IMG/VR virus record: IMGVR_UViG_3300035544_000229
Coordinates: 1-38,173 of that record
Length of the DNA: 38,173 nt
Direction: 5' to 3' (one strand)
DNA from: a virus
Taxonomy: Duplodnaviria > Caudoviricetes
Shown here: piece after piece, positions 1 through 7,462 of the stretch
How positions within the stretch are numbered: position 1 is the first letter of the stretch
Layout of the letters: every line of letters starts with the position of its first letter
Translations under genes and position numbers: made by a program
The notes under the pieces: model-generated
Databases searched by the model: none
What the model was told of the DNA's origin: nothing
Seen by the model: only the letters and a program-made list of their open reading frames with translations

Positions 1-318
1 TTACCGGCCACTAGGCCGGAATATGCAGCCCTTGAGGCCCCGCTCAGGGTCCCGAGTGCGAGTCAGCCAGCAGTAGTCGGTCACGTCCGAGTGGGACCAT
101 CCCATCTCAACACGCCCGAAATGCCAGCATTCCCGGCAGCCTGATTCAGGATCGATCAGAGCGGCGGCCCGGATCGCCTCGGCCACCTCCAGGGGGCACG
201 GAAAACACCATGTGATCCGTTCCCCATGCTCCCCGGCCGTGCAAAGTGCCGTCTCCGGGGACCCGAGCCCGCCTTCATCCCATTCGAGATGGGGACATCC
301 CCTACATTTTTCCTGCAT
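1..318 (-). CDS. Cys-rich hypothetical phage protein (CxxC motifs, possible Zn-binding)
   Basis: Start moved to ATG 318 (MQEKCRGC) with GAGG SD; CRGC, CPCP-like, CREC motifs; same strand as early operon. Confidence 0.6.
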   Translation of the reverse strand: MQEKCRGCPHLEWDEGGLGSPETALCTAGEHGERITWCFPCPLEVAEAIRAAALIDPESGCRECWHFGRVEMGWSHSDVTDYCWLTRTRDPERGLKGCIFRPSGR

Positions 319-340
319 AATCGCCTCATGCTGGGTATGC

Positions 341-628
341 TTACTCGTTCGCGTGAAGGTCGGCCCACTCTTCGGGCAGGACTTCCCACTCGTCATAAAT
401 CTCACGCCAGTCGATGCCGAGTTCGCTCATCTGCCCGATACCCTCAACAAACGGATCGAGACGGCCAGCATGACCGATAGCGCGGGCGACATGCTCGATC
501 ATTGTTTCACGCGTTGCGAGTGGGTTCATGCCTTTGCGGAAATCGGCAAGCTGCTCCTCGGTTGGGAAGTCTGCGGGTAAGGTCAGCTCCAATCTGTAGG
601 ATAAATCAATTAAGGCTTTTTTCTTCAT
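341..628 (-). CDS. Hypothetical phage early protein
   Basis: 95 aa, GGAG SD, tightly packed in early operon. Confidence 0.7.
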   Translation of the reverse strand: MKKKALIDLSYRLELTLPADFPTEEQLADFRKGMNPLATRETMIEHVARAIGHAGRLDPFVEGIGQMSELGIDWREIYDEWEVLPEEWADLHANE

Positions 629-650
629 TTTGATTCTCCGTGAGTATTCC

Positions 651-863
651 CTATGAGTTGTTGACTTCGATTTCGGTATCCAACAGATCGAAATCCGTAT
701 CCAATCGGATAGGCGAGTCTTCGGCCGGGATCATGTTCAGAAATTCTTCGAGCCAGGACTCGTCCCGATCATCGTTTGATTCGTCTGCGGACGCGATGGC
801 GTCGCGGTCACATTCAAGTTCGAACGTGATTCTGGTAGTGATGCGAACTCTTTTCTTCGGCAT
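651..863 (-). CDS. Small acidic hypothetical protein
   Basis: ATG 863 (MPKKRV) preceded by GGAGGA SD. Confidence 0.7.
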   Translation of the reverse strand: MPKKRVRITTRITFELECDRDAIASADESNDDRDESWLEEFLNMIPAEDSPIRLDTDFDLLDTEIEVNNS

Positions 864-878
864 GTTTTCCTCCAAGTG

Positions 879-1163
879 TTACAGATTGTGCAGCAAAGCC
901 ATCTCAACGGCTTCGGGAAGATCGCGGTATGCCTTCCTATTCGGTACCAGCCTTTCGATTGCTTCGATGGTTAGGTTTGCCCCGCGAAGATTCGTTTCCA
1001 ACTCTTCCAGCTTGGCCAAGGTGCCTTTCGGGACAATCTCGACCCTGTCACCTTCCTGGAGGCCCGACTCGTTCAACGCATCAACGCCGTCTTCGTCAAC
1101 TCCATCGATCATGATGCCGTATTCATCGGTCTGTTCGTAGTAGTTCACACCTGCGATATACAT
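879..1163 (-). CDS. Hypothetical phage protein
   Basis: ATG 1163 (MYIAG) preceded by AGGAG SD. Confidence 0.7.
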   Translation of the reverse strand: MYIAGVNYYEQTDEYGIMIDGVDEDGVDALNESGLQEGDRVEIVPKGTLAKLEELETNLRGANLTIEAIERLVPNRKAYRDLPEAVEMALLHNL

Positions 1164-1183
1164 TCCGGTCTCCTCTTTGCGAA

Positions 1184-1435
1184 TTAGACGCGCTGAACAT
1201 GAAAATGGAATTGCGGGTCCATCCATGTGTCAACTGCATCGTTTACTTCGGGGTAGTCGCTGGGGGACGGGCCATCGGGAAGCGTGGCAATCACCCACCC
1301 GCTGGCGTTGAAATCCCAGCGAACCATGTAGGGCAACACTTGGCCCTTTTCGTTGTAGGCTACGAGGGGGACAGAATATTTGTCGCCGTAGAAATCCAGC
1401 TTATCCCTATTCGGTTCGCTCCATAGAATTACCAT
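1184..1435 (-). CDS. Hypothetical phage protein
   Basis: 83 aa, AAGGAG SD. Confidence 0.7.
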   Translation of the reverse strand: MVILWSEPNRDKLDFYGDKYSVPLVAYNEKGQVLPYMVRWDFNASGWVIATLPDGPSPSDYPEVNDAVDTWMDPQFHFHVQRV

Positions 1436-1472
1436 CAGCTCTCTCCTTTCATTGTGATCTGCTAATCCGTGG

Positions 1473-1646
1473 TTACTTCAATGCGCTTATTGTTATGAGC
1501 CCGCCGAGGATTACGCACATAAGAGCGAGAACTCCCACGACAAGCGCAAAAACAAGGGGCAGCTCTGTTGCCCAGCGAAGACACGCACCACCGCAGAAAC
1601 CGGCAGACAATCCCGTTGCCAACTGCCACATTTCTATTGTTGTCAT
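1473..1646 (-). CDS. Small membrane protein, 57 aa (absent from ORF track)
   Basis: Hand-translated MTTIEMWQLATGLSAGFCGGACLRWATELPLVFALVVGVLALMCVILGGLITISALK; ATGA overlap with MTase stop, GAGG SD; hydrophobic C-terminal segment. Confidence 0.7.
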   Translation of the reverse strand: MTTIEMWQLATGLSAGFCGGACLRWATELPLVFALVVGVLALMCVILGGLITISALK

Positions 1647-3676
1647 ACGTACCTCTCAATCATCATCCCGGCGATGATAGGCCGCACCCATATGGGCGTG
1701 CATGCCATGTGGAAGGTCTCGCCGGACCATGCCAGGAGCAGGGTCTGACCGAACATACCGGCCATCCCTTCGGCGGCGTCCGGCGGCACGGCGTTGCCGA
1801 TTCGTTCACGCCAGCTCTGGTGCGATTCGCCGTCCAGGGTGAAGCCCGTCTCCGGGTCCACGAAGCCCTGCAACGCGGCCAGCTCGTAGGTGGTGAAAGG
1901 CCGGTGCCACGTCCCGTCCAGGGCGCGGATCACACAGGCCAAGTTCTCACCCGGCTCGGGCATGCGCACGTCCGCTACGGACCACCTGCCGTTGTCGTGG
2001 CAGGCCGCAGCGGACACGGCCCCGCAGGGGTCGCAGTATCGGACCACGCCGTAATGTCCGCCGGTCAAGTAGTGGTCGCCCTTGCCCCGATCCATGCCGG
2101 GCCGGGGATCGGCCACCGACCACTGCCCCTTGTCCACGGCCGCGCGGGCAGGGATGCACCGGCTGGGTTCCTCCCAGGACATCACACCGTAATGCTCGCC
2201 TCGGTACGGGCCGACGCGAGGGTCAGCGAGGGCGAACGCCCCCTGGCCTGTGGTGGACCCGGCAATCACCGTGCCGGTGGGATCATCAAAGCTCGTCACC
2301 GCGTACTTGCCGAAGGTGCCTTTCTCGGGGCCGCGCGGATCGGCAACGCAGGGAGCGCCGCCGGACACATGCGCCGCGCCGGTGACCGTGTTGGCGTGCT
2401 TGTTCCACTCGACAATGCGGTAAAAATTGTACTGCCTCGTCTTGGAGTCCGGTAGGCGGGGATCGGCAACCGAGTTCGGTCCGCCGCCCGGCGCGGTCTG
2501 TCCGGTGACAGCGCCCATGGTCGCGCTCCAGGGCCGCACCCCGTATTGACCATAGTTGCTCATCCCGATGCCGCGAGGGTCGGCCACGGAAAACGGGCCG
2601 GACATGGGCCTGCCGTTGGCCGTGACAGTGCCGGAAGGGTCGCCCCATTCCTTGACCCCGAGCACACCGCTATGCATGGCAATCTCATTGCGCGGATCGG
2701 CTACGGAAAATCTCCCCCGCGAAACCTCGGCCCGGCCGGTAACGGCCCCGGCTGGTTGGTCCCAGGGAAGAACCCCATAGACATGATCCCGGCACGTCCA
2801 GTCCGGCACGATCCCGAAGTCCCGCAGATGGCCGTCCTCGATCGCCAGCCGCTTGAGACTCCGCCAGTCCGACCCGGCCTCGACAAAGGCCAGCCGCACC
2901 CATGTCTTCCACTGCAACCGGGGCAGATCGTGCATGGGGTTGCCTCCGCATCCGGGCAGGGGCAGCTTGTCCAGGACTTGGCCGACGCTTCCCAGCGGCC
3001 GCTTCAATGGCTCGTACAGGAAGGGCGGCACCTTCGCGGCATGCCGCGCCACCAGCAGGAATCGCTTGCGGCTCTGCGACAAACCGCCGATCTCCCCGCA
3101 GTCGTGCGTTGTCTCGGCCACGGCGTAGCCGTACAGCCGAAGGAGTTTCGTGATCTGGTCCAACAGCGCACGGCCGCGCGTGGCGATGCGCGGGACGTTC
3201 TCGAACAAGATGAACTCCGGCGGATCATCCTGCCAGGCCTCCAAGGTCAGCCATATCCCGCGCAGGGTCAGCCGGTTCAGGGCCTGGTACTTGGCCGTGG
3301 TCGATTTCTTCTGGCTGAGAAGGCCGGAAAACCCCTTGCACGGTGCGGAGGTGAAAACGATATGCGGACGCTCATTGCCCGCAGCGTGCCGCACGTCCGC
3401 CGGGGTGGCCTCCTTCCACCCGGCCGGGGGCTCCTGCCCGTGGAAGTCGCGGTACTGGTCCCGGTCAAACAGGTCCATGCACGTACCGGGCACGCCCACC
3501 AGCCGGGAAAAGTCCTTTATGCAGGTGGCGTCCGAGTCGATGCCGCCCAGGCACCGGAACCGGGCGGACAGGTTGCCCACCCTGGCGCTTGCCTGATTGA
3601 AGCCGAGGGCACCGCCGCCGATGCCGCAGAATAGGTGAAAGTGTCGAATCTCATGGGAATGGTTCATAGCATCCAT
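1643..3676 (-). CDS. DNA cytosine-C5 methyltransferase with 7 tandem repeats in the variable region
   Basis: Motif I FCGIGG, IV APCKGFS, VI FENVP, VIII QSRKR, IX RPFTTYELAALQGF, X IGNAVPP; start may be 3676 or 3667. Confidence 0.93.
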   Translation of the reverse strand: MDAMNHSHEIRHFHLFCGIGGGALGFNQASARVGNLSARFRCLGGIDSDATCIKDFSRLVGVPGTCMDLFDRDQYRDFHGQEPPAGWKEATPADVRHAAGNERPHIVFTSAPCKGFSGLLSQKKSTTAKYQALNRLTLRGIWLTLEAWQDDPPEFILFENVPRIATRGRALLDQITKLLRLYGYAVAETTHDCGEIGGLSQSRKRFLLVARHAAKVPPFLYEPLKRPLGSVGQVLDKLPLPGCGGNPMHDLPRLQWKTWVRLAFVEAGSDWRSLKRLAIEDGHLRDFGIVPDWTCRDHVYGVLPWDQPAGAVTGRAEVSRGRFSVADPRNEIAMHSGVLGVKEWGDPSGTVTANGRPMSGPFSVADPRGIGMSNYGQYGVRPWSATMGAVTGQTAPGGGPNSVADPRLPDSKTRQYNFYRIVEWNKHANTVTGAAHVSGGAPCVADPRGPEKGTFGKYAVTSFDDPTGTVIAGSTTGQGAFALADPRVGPYRGEHYGVMSWEEPSRCIPARAAVDKGQWSVADPRPGMDRGKGDHYLTGGHYGVVRYCDPCGAVSAAACHDNGRWSVADVRMPEPGENLACVIRALDGTWHRPFTTYELAALQGFVDPETGFTLDGESHQSWRERIGNAVPPDAAEGMAGMFGQTLLLAWSGETFHMACTPIWVRPIIAGMMIERYV
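1964..2785 (-). repeat. Seven diverged ~38-46 aa coding repeats ending in (S/C)VADPR-like motifs
   Basis: SVADPR, SVADPR, SVADPR, CVADPR, ALADPR, SVADPR, SVADVR, each preceded by YGV..W..P.G.V(T/I)-like segment. Confidence 0.9.
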
Positions 3677-3680
3677 CCCG

Positions 3681-4049
3681 CTACATCTGGTCCAGGTATC
3701 GGGTGATACCCTTGATCAGGTCGGCTTTGACCGTGTTGCGAAGGCGGACGGGATCAATGGTTGAAATGACCCGGCCCGTATCGTCCGAAGGGACGGCCAG
3801 CTTGTGGCCGCAAGCGTTCCCGCACAGAATCCAGTCGGGAGAGACTTGGGTCTTGCGCCACACGCGAAGCAGCCAATCCGAGGGTATGGATGCGCGGCGC
3901 TTGGCGTCGGATATGCTGGACTGTCGGATGTCCAGGTACTCGGCCAGTTGCACTTGGGTCTTGCAGCCGGTCACCTCCTGAAGCCTGTTCAGGGATGCCT
4001 CAAAATCGGCTCGAACCTGGGCGGAAAGGGGTGTCTTTTTCTTGGGCAT
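3681..4049 (-). CDS. CI-repressor-type HTH protein (no peptidase domain)
   Basis: TQVQLAEYLDIRQSSISDAKRRASIPSDWL..SPDWIL matches the phage CI-type HTH pattern. Confidence 0.85.
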   Translation of the reverse strand: MPKKKTPLSAQVRADFEASLNRLQEVTGCKTQVQLAEYLDIRQSSISDAKRRASIPSDWLLRVWRKTQVSPDWILCGNACGHKLAVPSDDTGRVISTIDPVRLRNTVKADLIKGITRYLDQM

Positions 4050-4079
4050 GAGTCTTCTCCTTTTGATACTTCGCGGCTC

Positions 4080-4628
4080 TTAGAGGGCAACCTGGAAGAT
4101 TTCCGAATAGTGCATGAGAAACATATCTCTGGCCTGAGACGGGGGAACGGGCGGCCTCATAAGCCGCATGACTTCCCTCATCTCGGCAGAGAGCGGGAAC
4201 CGTTGGCGGGCGAATTCAGGGTGGCACCAGAGGTGCGCTTCGGCTGCCACCACTCTCTGGTCCATTTGCTTGACGATGGCGGGAATCTCGGCTGGCAGAT
4301 CAAACTGCTTCGCGATCTGCGCGAGGTGCGCCCGTTCAAGGCAGCGATATTCGGCCCCGACAAGGCGTTTTACCGGGGAAACCATGTCGCCAAGCATGGA
4401 CTCGGCGGCATCGTGCATGAGCCCCCAGGCGGCCGCCTCCGGCTCACCTACATGAATGAGCATTGCAGCCACCTCGCAAGAATGCTGGGCCACGGAATAG
4501 AACCTCTTGATCTGCCCTGCAAAGTGGCAAATTTGGCTCAGTGCGTGGGCTATTTCCCTGATGTCCCAATAATTCCACTCGGGCTTGTCATAGTGGAAGA
4601 TAGAGCAGCCGAGCGTGAAGCTGTGCAT
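4080..4628 (-). CDS. HD-domain phosphohydrolase (YfbR/YfdR-like 5'-deoxynucleotidase)
   Basis: IAHALSQICHFAG, YSVAQHS, HDAAESMLGD, D..V.AAE motifs; start set at ATG 4628. Confidence 0.85.
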   Translation of the reverse strand: MHSFTLGCSIFHYDKPEWNYWDIREIAHALSQICHFAGQIKRFYSVAQHSCEVAAMLIHVGEPEAAAWGLMHDAAESMLGDMVSPVKRLVGAEYRCLERAHLAQIAKQFDLPAEIPAIVKQMDQRVVAAEAHLWCHPEFARQRFPLSAEMREVMRLMRPPVPPSQARDMFLMHYSEIFQVAL

Positions 4629-4630
4629 GG

Positions 4631-5116
4631 CTAATCCTCCACGCTCAATTCGCACTGGGCCGAGCAGTCGCCCTCGGGCGTCTCGGGTGCGCCACAATGC
4701 AAGCAGGTCGGCCAGTCGGTGCCGTCGAGGGTGGGCATCAAAGCGCCGCAGATATCGCAGCCTATGCTGCACCCCATATCCCCCTGCTCGTGCCCGCAGT
4801 CGGGGCAGCGAACCAGAAAGGCCCTGCCGTCATATCTCACCCCTTCAGGCAGGGTGTATCGTTCGAGAGTTTTGTTGATCAGGTCGCGGAAACGATTGAC
4901 GGATTCAAGGCGTTCGTCGGGGGAGGTCGCCACGGGGAGTCCCGGCACAAGGTAAAGATTGGGCCGGTACCCATGGACGGCGTAGAGGGTGATGGCTTTG
5001 CCCAACAGCCTCGCGTTGCCCCTGGCTATCCCCAAGGCCCCATCGGGGATGCCGGACGCAATTTCCACTTCGCCACTCTGCCAGCAGTAGGCTATGCTTT
5101 CCGTGCTCTTATTCAT
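4631..5116 (-). CDS. Mu-like early protein (often labelled host-nuclease inhibitor) with C-terminal Cys-rich Zn ribbons
   Basis: IAYCWQSGEV..PDGAL..LVPGLP pattern of Mu-like early ORFs; CPDC, CDIC, CLHC at C-terminus. Confidence 0.6.
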   Translation of the reverse strand: MNKSTESIAYCWQSGEVEIASGIPDGALGIARGNARLLGKAITLYAVHGYRPNLYLVPGLPVATSPDERLESVNRFRDLINKTLERYTLPEGVRYDGRAFLVRCPDCGHEQGDMGCSIGCDICGALMPTLDGTDWPTCLHCGAPETPEGDCSAQCELSVED

Positions 5117-5504
5117 GGTATCCGACCTTGCCTGCTTCGTTCTGGCAGGCCTGAAGGCATGCGGCGCTTACTTTCAACACGGCGGTGTTCTCGTATGATT
5201 TAGGGACATCGTTGATATTCGGGTAGGTGGTAAAATCAACCGAGCAGGAGTTGCCGGTGCCCCGTATGACGATGACACAGGTCAGCTCGCCGTCAGCGTC
5301 CGCATCCGGCATGCAGCCGGTCCCTCCGCAAAGGGGGCATTTCTGTGTGAAACAAGGGCAGTTCTCGGCGTCCATTTTCCCTTCCGGGCAGTAGCACTCG
5401 TAGAACGTCTTCAAATAATCGGGACTGTTTTTATCCCCTTCTTTCCAGCAGTCATTGTTGGAGCATTGATCGAAGTTGCATCGGGGGGTATCACTCGTAA
5501 CCAT
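5109..5504 (-). CDS. Cys-rich hypothetical protein
   Basis: ATG 5504 with AGGAG SD; CPLCGGTGC motif. Confidence 0.65.
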   Translation of the reverse strand: MVTSDTPRCNFDQCSNNDCWKEGDKNSPDYLKTFYECYCPEGKMDAENCPCFTQKCPLCGGTGCMPDADADGELTCVIVIRGTGNSCSVDFTTYPNINDVPKSYENTAVLKVSAACLQACQNEAGKVGYHE

Positions 5505-5554
5505 CTTGTTTTCTCTCCTTTTGGTTCCCGGCGGCCGGAGCCGCCGGGGATGGA

Positions 5555-6175
5555 TTACAGTTTGGCGATGTCCAGGGAGATGGCTTCCCATTTCCCTTCC
5601 GTTCCGGTCCGCTGGTAGAAGCGGATGTATTTCTTGGAGTACTGGACGCTCAGGCTGTCCTTGAGCGCCTGCATGCCGCGCATCCAGGTTTCGTCGTCGA
5701 AATCGAACTTGAGCAGCGGCAGGATGCGGGCGGGGGACGCCTTGCCTTCCTTGTCCACTTCGAAGGCCTGGAGCACGATGGTCTTGAGTTCGGTCGGAGC
5801 GTCCTCGGACCAGTTGTTCAGGCATTCGTCGATCAAGGACTTGGCGACCTTGAGCCGCTCATCGAAATCAATGGTGCGGCCCACGGCGATCTGGACTTTG
5901 CGGGTGTCCTCGAAATTGGAAATGGACACGTTGCCTTTTTCGCCGCCGGGCTTGGCGTCGTATTGCGCATAGGCGATTTCCATGAAGGCCAGAACATCGG
6001 CAAAGCCGCCGAGCTTGAAGTCGGAGATCGCCTGCTGCATGGACAGGGCCTTGTCCACCAACGTGTCCACGGTCTGGTCCTTGAGCTTGTCGTAGTCGGA
6101 TACGCTCTGGACAGGCACCAAGCGCCCCTTGCCGTCCTTCATGAAGTCTTTGCCGTCTACGGTGATGATAGACAT
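5555..6175 (-). CDS. DUF3164-family Mu-like phage protein
   Basis: MKDGKGRLVP, GGEKGNV, FDERLKVAKSLIDECL..W, YIRFYQR, ISLDIA motifs. Confidence 0.88.
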   Translation of the reverse strand: MSIITVDGKDFMKDGKGRLVPVQSVSDYDKLKDQTVDTLVDKALSMQQAISDFKLGGFADVLAFMEIAYAQYDAKPGGEKGNVSISNFEDTRKVQIAVGRTIDFDERLKVAKSLIDECLNNWSEDAPTELKTIVLQAFEVDKEGKASPARILPLLKFDFDDETWMRGMQALKDSLSVQYSKKYIRFYQRTGTEGKWEAISLDIAKL

Positions 6176-6178
6176 GCC

Positions 6179-6385
6179 TCACGCTCCTTCGGCCGCAGAG
6201 CGGCCCGTTTCGGGTTCAATCCACGCCACCTTTTCCAGTCCTTCCACCCTGTGCTGTTCGGCTTTCAGGTCATTGGAAATGGCGTCCAGGTTCCGGGCTG
6301 CGTCCTGCGGGTCCAGGCCGGACTGCAAGTCATGGGATACCTGCTGCATTCGTTGTGCGATTCGGTCCATTTGTTTGCTGATCAC
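6179..6385 (-). CDS. Small helical hypothetical protein
   Basis: GTG start with GGAGG SD; fills gap in operon. Confidence 0.65.
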   Translation of the reverse strand: MISKQMDRIAQRMQQVSHDLQSGLDPQDAARNLDAISNDLKAEQHRVEGLEKVAWIEPETGRSAAEGA

Positions 6386-6396
6386 GGTGCTGCCTC

Positions 6397-7446
6397 CTAC
6401 ATTTTGTAAATGAGTTGCGCGGTCACAAGGGGCTCTCCCATACGGGACGCGAGGGTCATGGCCGTGGAGGCCACGTTGTTGATGGTCTGCGGGTACGCGA
6501 CGGGGAAGCGGGCGATGATGGCGGACACGGCCTCGGGGTCGAAAACCTTCTCCAGGCTGCCGCCAGCCCTGCGGAACTTGTGGGCGAGGTACTCCTCGAC
6601 GTTGTCCAGGGGGCTGATGGTCACCGGCTGGATACGTTCCACGACCTCGCGCAGTTCATCGTTCGCCGGGTCCAGGCGGACGGCCAGTTCGGTTTGGCCG
6701 ATCAGGATGATGGAAATCAGCCGCTCGAAGCCTTCGCCAAGCTCATAGATTTGCTTGAGCGCCTTGAGCGAATCCACGGACAGGAGGTGTGCTTCCTCCA
6801 CAATCATCACGGTCCGGCGGCGTTTCTTTTTGCGCGAGGCCAGAATAGACGCGGCCCGGCGGCTCTTGGCCTCCAGGGAGAGGTTGGCACCGCCGCCGTC
6901 GGTCAGGTCGAGAATGATGGCGTCCAGCAGCGAGGCGGGCGTGATCTTCCGCTTGTCGATGATCTGCGGGTAGATGATCTTGCCGCCGTCGGCTTCGATT
7001 TCGCTTGCCACCTGTCGCCGGATTGTGCTCTTGCCCGCGCCGACCTCGCCGGAGATGGCGAGAAAGGCGGGGTGTGAGGCCACGGCCCGCAGCATCTCGC
7101 GCAGGAAGAGGTGGCTTTCGGACGTGTAGATGTCCTTGGGGCTGTTGATGTCGTTCAGGAAAGGATTTCGGATCAGCCCGAAGTACCGCAGCGTGTCAAA
7201 ACCCAGCAGGCTCTGCCTGCCGTCTTCGATGAACGTGTTGTCCTGGCCGTCCTGATCGAAATCAAACCGGCCGATGTGTTTTTCAAATACCTTCTTGATA
7301 CGGGCGCAGAGCAGTTCCTCCTTGGGCCAAATGTCGTGGTTGATGATCTGCGACAAGGTGGATTTGGAAATACCGGCCTCGTCGGCAATGACCTGTTGTT
7401 TGATGCCGGTTTTCTGGATTGTCTCTTTCAACGTGGGTGTCGCCAT
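6397..7446 (-). CDS. Transposition AAA+ ATPase (MuB functional analogue, ExeA-like) with N-terminal HTH
   Basis: N-terminal HTH, Walker A GEVGAGKS, Walker B MIVEEAH, ILIGQTEL; directly follows transposase. Confidence 0.92.
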   Translation of the reverse strand: MATPTLKETIQKTGIKQQVIADEAGISKSTLSQIINHDIWPKEELLCARIKKVFEKHIGRFDFDQDGQDNTFIEDGRQSLLGFDTLRYFGLIRNPFLNDINSPKDIYTSESHLFLREMLRAVASHPAFLAISGEVGAGKSTIRRQVASEIEADGGKIIYPQIIDKRKITPASLLDAIILDLTDGGGANLSLEAKSRRAASILASRKKKRRRTVMIVEEAHLLSVDSLKALKQIYELGEGFERLISIILIGQTELAVRLDPANDELREVVERIQPVTISPLDNVEEYLAHKFRRAGGSLEKVFDPEAVSAIIARFPVAYPQTINNVASTAMTLASRMGEPLVTAQLIYKM

Positions 7447-7462
7447 AATGCCTCCTTGTTGG

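Noticed and set aside
1462-1659. 65-aa ORF from the track
   Set aside because: The alternative frame 1473-1646 has an SD, ATGA coupling and a coherent TM helix
1964-2785. CRISPR-like or nucleotide-level repeat array
   Set aside because: Repeats are conserved at protein level, degenerate in DNA and in frame within the MTase
4080-4628. DatZ-like dATPase of a 2-aminoadenine (Z) genome system
   Set aside because: No PurZ, MazZ or phage DNA polymerase in the window; fits ordinary prophage HD nucleotidases
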